A model generated the notes under the pieces. That model was not told the DNA's origin and did no database searches. It was given only the letters and a program-made list of their open reading frames with translations. A DNA stretch of 64,000 bases from Clostridiaceae bacterium (GTDB lineage Bacteria; Bacillota; Clostridia; Christensenellales; CAG-138), in assembly GCA_039683415.1 (NCBI GenBank), contig JBDKRL010000008.1, positions 527 through 64,526 of the forward strand. Direction: 5' to 3'. The position numbers were made by a program, and so were the translations under genes. Numbering within the stretch: position 1 is the stretch's first letter; every line of letters begins with the position of its first letter. Shown in pieces: positions 60,092 to 64,000 of this stretch.

Positions 60092-60195
60092 ATTATACCC
60101 CCGTGAGCGGAGGTGTCAACCGCGCGCGGTCGTTTTGTGTGAGCATGTCACATAAAGAAGCCATATACCCCCGTGAGCGGAAGTGTCAACCGCGC
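60092..60195 (-). promoter_or_regulatory. Duplicated promoter upstream of mrp (32-bp direct repeat, period 70)
   Basis: On the minus strand the copies read TTGACA-N16-TATAAT (proximal) and TTGACA-N16-TATATG (distal), with near-identical spacers. Confidence 0.75.
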
Positions 60196-60329
60196 CGGGG
60201 TGCGGACTGCGTGCGTTTGTCACGCATGGGCAGGACTGCTGCTCTATTTTGAGGTGCGATTATCGTTTGCAATTTGTTGGTTTGCCAACATTTATGCGAT
60301 ATGCTATGATATCGATCGAAGGTGAAGGC

Positions 60330-60977
60330 ATGACAAACGATCACAAAGAAGAATCCAGAGAGGTGCGAAAGCTCCACGTTGCAAGGCGCTCGATGACGTA
60401 TATCGTGCGCACGCTGCTGCTCGTCATCATGGCGTGCATCGTGTGCATCGCGGCGTTTCTAACGGCGGAGCGCGTGAGTAACCTCTATATTCTGGCCTCC
60501 GAAGGCATGGCACTCCGCGCGGACTGCGTGATTGCCGACGGCGCAAAAAACGACCTCGAGGAATACTTTACACTGACGTTTCTCGAAAACGACGCCGCCA
60601 TGGACGATACGACCTATGCCAACTACACCATCACGAGCTACAATTACGATTTGGCCATCGAAAGAATCGTCGTGCTCCCCTGGTCGATGTCCGCCACGGT
60701 CACCGCAGTCGAGCGGATCTCCCTCAACGGAAACATCAACGCCGACCAGCTCAGCGACGGACAGAGCGTGGGCGACTACCCCGTCCCGGAATGGACGCCG
60801 GTCAGGTACAAGATCAAGTTTATCAACGTCAATTCGCGCTGGTATATCTCCGAACTGACGGTGGTGGAGGAAAATCCGCCGGAGACCAACATCGGCACGC
60901 CCGATCCAAACGAAACGCCGATTCCGGCGGCGACGCCTACGCCAAAGCCGACGGACGAACCGACTGTCGCGCCATGA
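60330..60977 (+). CDS. Hypothetical single-TM exported protein
   Basis: SD GAAGG, one N-terminal TM, Pro/Thr-rich tail, coupled to dusB. Confidence 0.7.
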   Translation: MTNDHKEESREVRKLHVARRSMTYIVRTLLLVIMACIVCIAAFLTAERVSNLYILASEGMALRADCVIADGAKNDLEEYFTLTFLENDAAMDDTTYANYTITSYNYDLAIERIVVLPWSMSATVTAVERISLNGNINADQLSDGQSVGDYPVPEWTPVRYKIKFINVNSRWYISELTVVEENPPETNIGTPDPNETPIPAATPTPKPTDEPTVAP

Positions 60978-62020
60978 TGGAGCGAATCCTTCCCAAAAAC
61001 CGACCCGCCGTGCTGCTTGCGCCGATGGCAGGGTTTACGGACAGGACGTTCCGTTTGATCTGCCGCGAATTCGGCGCGGACCTCGTCTGTACCGAGATGA
61101 TCAGCGCCAAAGGACTGCTCTACAGAAACGACAAGTCCCGCGCGCTTTATGACGCAAAACCCGGCGACGAGCCGTTTTTTGTTCAGCTGTTCGGCAGCGA
61201 TCCGGACACCGTTGCCAAAGCGGCGGCGCTGATAGAACAGGAGCTTGGCGAACAACTGCTGGGAATCGATCTCAACATGGGCTGCCCCATGCCGAAGATC
61301 GCCGGCAACGGCGACGGCTGCGCGCTGATGCAAAACCCCTTGCTTGCGGGAAAGATCGTTGAGCAAACGGTTCGTGCCGTGCATGTGCCGGTCACGGTCA
61401 AGTTCCGCAAGGGTTGGGACGAGGCGCAACAGAATGCCGCAGAGTTCGCAAAAGTTTGTGAGCAGAGCGGCGCTTGCGCGCTGACCATCCACGGGCGCAC
61501 GCGTGAGCAGCTCTATGCGGGCCGCGCAGACCGCGTCTGCATGGCGGAAGTTAAGCAGTCGGTGCAGATACCCGTGTTTGCCAACGGCGACGTAACAAAC
61601 GGTCAAAGCGCGCTGGAAACCCTGGCGGAAACGGGTTGCGACGGGGTGATGGTCGGCAGGGCGGCGCTGGGCGATCCTTTTTTGTTTGAGGAAATCCGCT
61701 GCGCGCTCTCCGGCGAGGCGTATACGCGGCCACAGCCGGAACAGCGGCGGGAAATCGCCCTGCGGCACGCGCGCAATGCGCTGGAACAAAAAGGTCCGCA
61801 CGCGATGATTGAGCTTCGAAAGCACCTTGCGTTTTACGCGCGCGGCGAGCGCGGAGCGGCAAAACTGCGGGTACGCATCAACGCCTGCAGAACGCTGGAA
61901 GAGTTGGAGGACATCTGGCCGGAGCACGGGTTGGGCGCTGACGCTGCCCCCGAAACGGAGTTTTTGGGCACGCAGAGGGAAAAACCCGCGCACGATGGGG
62001 AAAATCCGGTCTTGACATGA
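60974..62020 (+). CDS. dusB: tRNA-dihydrouridine synthase B
   Basis: LAPMAGFTD, CTEMISAKGL, DLNMGCP, TIHGRTR and GVMVGRAALG motifs. Confidence 0.93.
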   Translation: MMERILPKNRPAVLLAPMAGFTDRTFRLICREFGADLVCTEMISAKGLLYRNDKSRALYDAKPGDEPFFVQLFGSDPDTVAKAAALIEQELGEQLLGIDLNMGCPMPKIAGNGDGCALMQNPLLAGKIVEQTVRAVHVPVTVKFRKGWDEAQQNAAEFAKVCEQSGACALTIHGRTREQLYAGRADRVCMAEVKQSVQIPVFANGDVTNGQSALETLAETGCDGVMVGRAALGDPFLFEEIRCALSGEAYTRPQPEQRREIALRHARNALEQKGPHAMIELRKHLAFYARGERGAAKLRVRINACRTLEELEDIWPEHGLGADAAPETEFLGTQREKPAHDGENPVLT

Positions 62021-62040
62021 TATTTTTGCACAAATATAAT
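62012..62040 (+). promoter_or_regulatory. Consensus sigmaA promoter of greA, overlapping the dusB stop codon
   Basis: TTGACA-N17-TATAAT. Confidence 0.85.
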
Positions 62041-62097
62041 AGGTAAACACGAGCGGGCGCAGCGCGTCCGCACGGGAAATGAAGGAGAAAACGAACG

Positions 62098-62568
62098 ATG
62101 GCTGAAACTTGGCTTACGCAGGAAGAAATCAAAAAGCGCGAGGAGCGTTTGGAGATTCTCAAAACGACCCGTCGTCTGGAGATTGCGGAACAGCTCAAGA
62201 TCGCGCGCGCGTTCGGGGATCTTTCCGAAAACGCGGAATATGACGCGGCGAAAAACGAGCAGGCGAAAAACGAATACGATATCGTCCAGCTGGAGAACGA
62301 ACTGAAAAACGCGCATGTCATCGACGAGTCGAGCCTCGATACGTCGACCGTCAGCGTCGGCGGAACGGTAAGGCTCACCAACATGCTGGATAAAACCAAA
62401 TACACCTTCCAGATCGTTGGCAGTGCGGAAACGGATCCCGCCAACGGGCGCATCTCCAACGAGTCGCCCATCGGCAAAGCCGTTCTCGGGCACAAAGCCG
62501 GCGATGTGGTCGAGGTCGTCACCCCCGGCGGCGCGCTGAAGCTAAAAATCACGGCGATCGGCAAGTAA
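62098..62568 (+). CDS. greA: Transcription elongation factor GreA
   Basis: ARAFGDLSENAEYDAAK and ISNESPIGKA motifs. Confidence 0.98.
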   Translation: MAETWLTQEEIKKREERLEILKTTRRLEIAEQLKIARAFGDLSENAEYDAAKNEQAKNEYDIVQLENELKNAHVIDESSLDTSTVSVGGTVRLTNMLDKTKYTFQIVGSAETDPANGRISNESPIGKAVLGHKAGDVVEVVTPGGALKLKITAIGK

Positions 62569-62578
62569 CGCAGGAAAC

Positions 62579-62603
62579 AAGGGGGCGGCAAGCCCCCTTT
62601 TAT
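62579..62603 (+). terminator. Terminator after greA
   Basis: AAGGGGGC-GGCAA-GCCCCCTTTT. Confidence 0.75.
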
Positions 62604-62786
62604 TTTGACCGTTCACCTTTCAGGCCTTTTGTGAACTGTCCGTCCCGAAAGGATTTTTGGAGTGCCTGTCTAGCGGCGCGTTTGCAAGCAGATTCGGTCA
62701 GAAACCGTTACGGTTCAAACGATTCAGGAAAATTCAAGCACTTGTTATAATAGAAGAAACGAACACGTTTGAGGAGACGAAACAGA

Positions 62787-64000
62787 ATGGAACAACCGGT
62801 CATCGAACAGGAATTGACGCAGGAGCAGCTTTCTGAATTGCTGCAGATCCGGCGCGACAAGCTCACCGCGCTGCAGCAGGCGGGAAACGATCCGTTCTTC
62901 AACACCACATACGACGTTTCACATGTGAGCGACTATATTCTCTCGCACTTCGAAGAACTGGAAGGCAAACCCGTCTCGGTCGCGGGGCGTATGCTCTCCC
63001 GGCGCATCATGGGCAAGGCGAGCTTTGTGCACCTGCTCGACGGCAAAGGCCGCATCCAGGCGTATGTCAAGCTGGACGAAGTGGGTGAGGAAGCGTATGC
63101 CGCGTTCAAAACGTTCGATATCGGCGATATCGTCGGGGTCAAGGGCGCGGTGTTCCAGACGCGAACCGGCGAAACCAGCATCCATGCCACCGAAGTGACG
63201 CTGCTCAGCAAGTCGCTTCGCCCGCTGCCGGAAAAGTTCCACGGACTCAAGGATCCGGAGCTTCGCTATCGCCAGCGGTTCGTGGATTTGATCGTGAATC
63301 CCGAAGTGCGTTCCACGTTCATCAAGCGCAGCCGGATCATTTCGGAAATCCGCCGCAGGATGGACGAGCGCGGCTTTATCGAAGTGGAGACTCCCGTGCT
63401 CAACACGACCGCCAGCGGCGCTTCCGCGCGGCCGTTCGTGACGCACCACAACACGCTCGATCTCGACATGTACCTGCGCATCGCCACCGAGCTTCACTTA
63501 AAGGAATGCGTGGTCGGCGGGCTGGAGCGTGTCTACGAGATCGGCCGGCTGTTCCGCAACGAAGGCATGGACCCCATGCACAACCCGGAATTCACGACCA
63601 TCGAGGCGTATCAGGCCTACACGGACTATAACGGCATGATGGAGCTGGCGGAGGATTTGATCTCCCGCTGCTGCGCGGTCGTCAACGACACCACGAAGAT
63701 CACCTATCAGGGGCAGGACGTCGACCTCACTCCGCCGTTTCGCCGCCTGACCATGAACGAGTCGGTGCGGGAAGTCACCGGCGCGGACTTCTACGCCTGC
63801 GCAACGGATGAGGAAGCGCGTGCGCTGGCAAAGGGCCTCAAGCTGGAATTTAAGGATAAGTCCGCTACGCGCGGTAAGCTGCTCACTGTGGCGTTTGACG
63901 CCTTCGTGGAAGAGACGCTGATCCAGCCGACGTTTATCATCGACTATCCGGTCGAGATTTCGCCGCTGAGCAAGCGCAAGCCCTCCGCGCCGTACCTGAC
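62787..64000 (+). CDS. lysS: Lysine--tRNA ligase (class II), 3' truncated by the window edge
   Basis: Read manually: MEQPVIEQ...RIMGKASF, LRPLPEKFHGL, RYRQRFVDLIVN, FIEVETP, RIATELHLK, RLFRNEG; the frame is open to base 64000. Confidence 0.96.
   Translation, partial: MEQPVIEQELTQEQLSELLQIRRDKLTALQQAGNDPFFNTTYDVSHVSDYILSHFEELEGKPVSVAGRMLSRRIMGKASFVHLLDGKGRIQAYVKLDEVGEEAYAAFKTFDIGDIVGVKGAVFQTRTGETSIHATEVTLLSKSLRPLPEKFHGLKDPELRYRQRFVDLIVNPEVRSTFIKRSRIISEIRRRMDERGFIEVETPVLNTTASGASARPFVTHHNTLDLDMYLRIATELHLKECVVGGLERVYEIGRLFRNEGMDPMHNPEFTTIEAYQAYTDYNGMMELAEDLISRCCAVVNDTTKITYQGQDVDLTPPFRRLTMNESVREVTGADFYACATDEEARALAKGLKLEFKDKSATRGKLLTVAFDAFVEETLIQPTFIIDYPVEISPLSKRKPSAPYL

Noticed and set aside
60094-60195. 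Possible mini CRISPR array (32-bp repeat, 38-bp spacer)
   Set aside because: There are only two copies and no cas genes, and each copy is explained as a -35/-10 promoter.
62600-62786. T-box or lysine riboswitch upstream of lysS
   Set aside because: No T-box consensus or terminator is present; there is only an extended -10 promoter shortly before the SD.

Overview
64 kb of mostly core chromosome from a GC-rich Firmicute, probably Clostridia. The taxonomy is inferred from sigH, a T-box, a CIRCE element, gcvPA/PB and the tig-clpP-clpX order. Bases 1-12.9 kb are an accessory surface locus: a 5'-truncated giant MBG/InlB-repeat surface protein with an unusual 3-TM anchor and no LPxTG, a transglutaminase-like Cys-His-Asp lipoprotein, a minimal type IV pilus-like set (PilC-like protein, four pilin-like proteins, one PilT-like ATPase, no PilB or prepilin peptidase), and a SARP/BTAD activator whose degenerate GGDEF domain keeps an RxxD I-site. 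This is the best candidate for an undescribed system. The rest holds capF-like and degenerate capA-like genes, ftsA-ftsZ, sanA, a radical SAM protein with a QLSLF clamp motif, two tandem Cys/His-repeat membrane proteins, T-box-thrS, rlmH, walJ, ispE, SpoIID-SH3 and M23 hydrolases, and mrnC-rlmB-sigH, where RlmB has a 287-aa prion-like repeat. Further on are CIRCE-htpG, ftsH, tetR, a GT4-serine hydrolase fusion, tig-clpP-clpX, a glycine-riboswitch gcv operon with a GcvT-SHMT fusion followed by tdh-kbl, an O-antigen-ligase-like gene, mrp, dusB, greA and a partial lysS. Two families of intergenic palindromic repeats recur. No rRNA, tRNA, CRISPR array or transposase was seen. All calls come from reading motifs by eye; no database searches were run.
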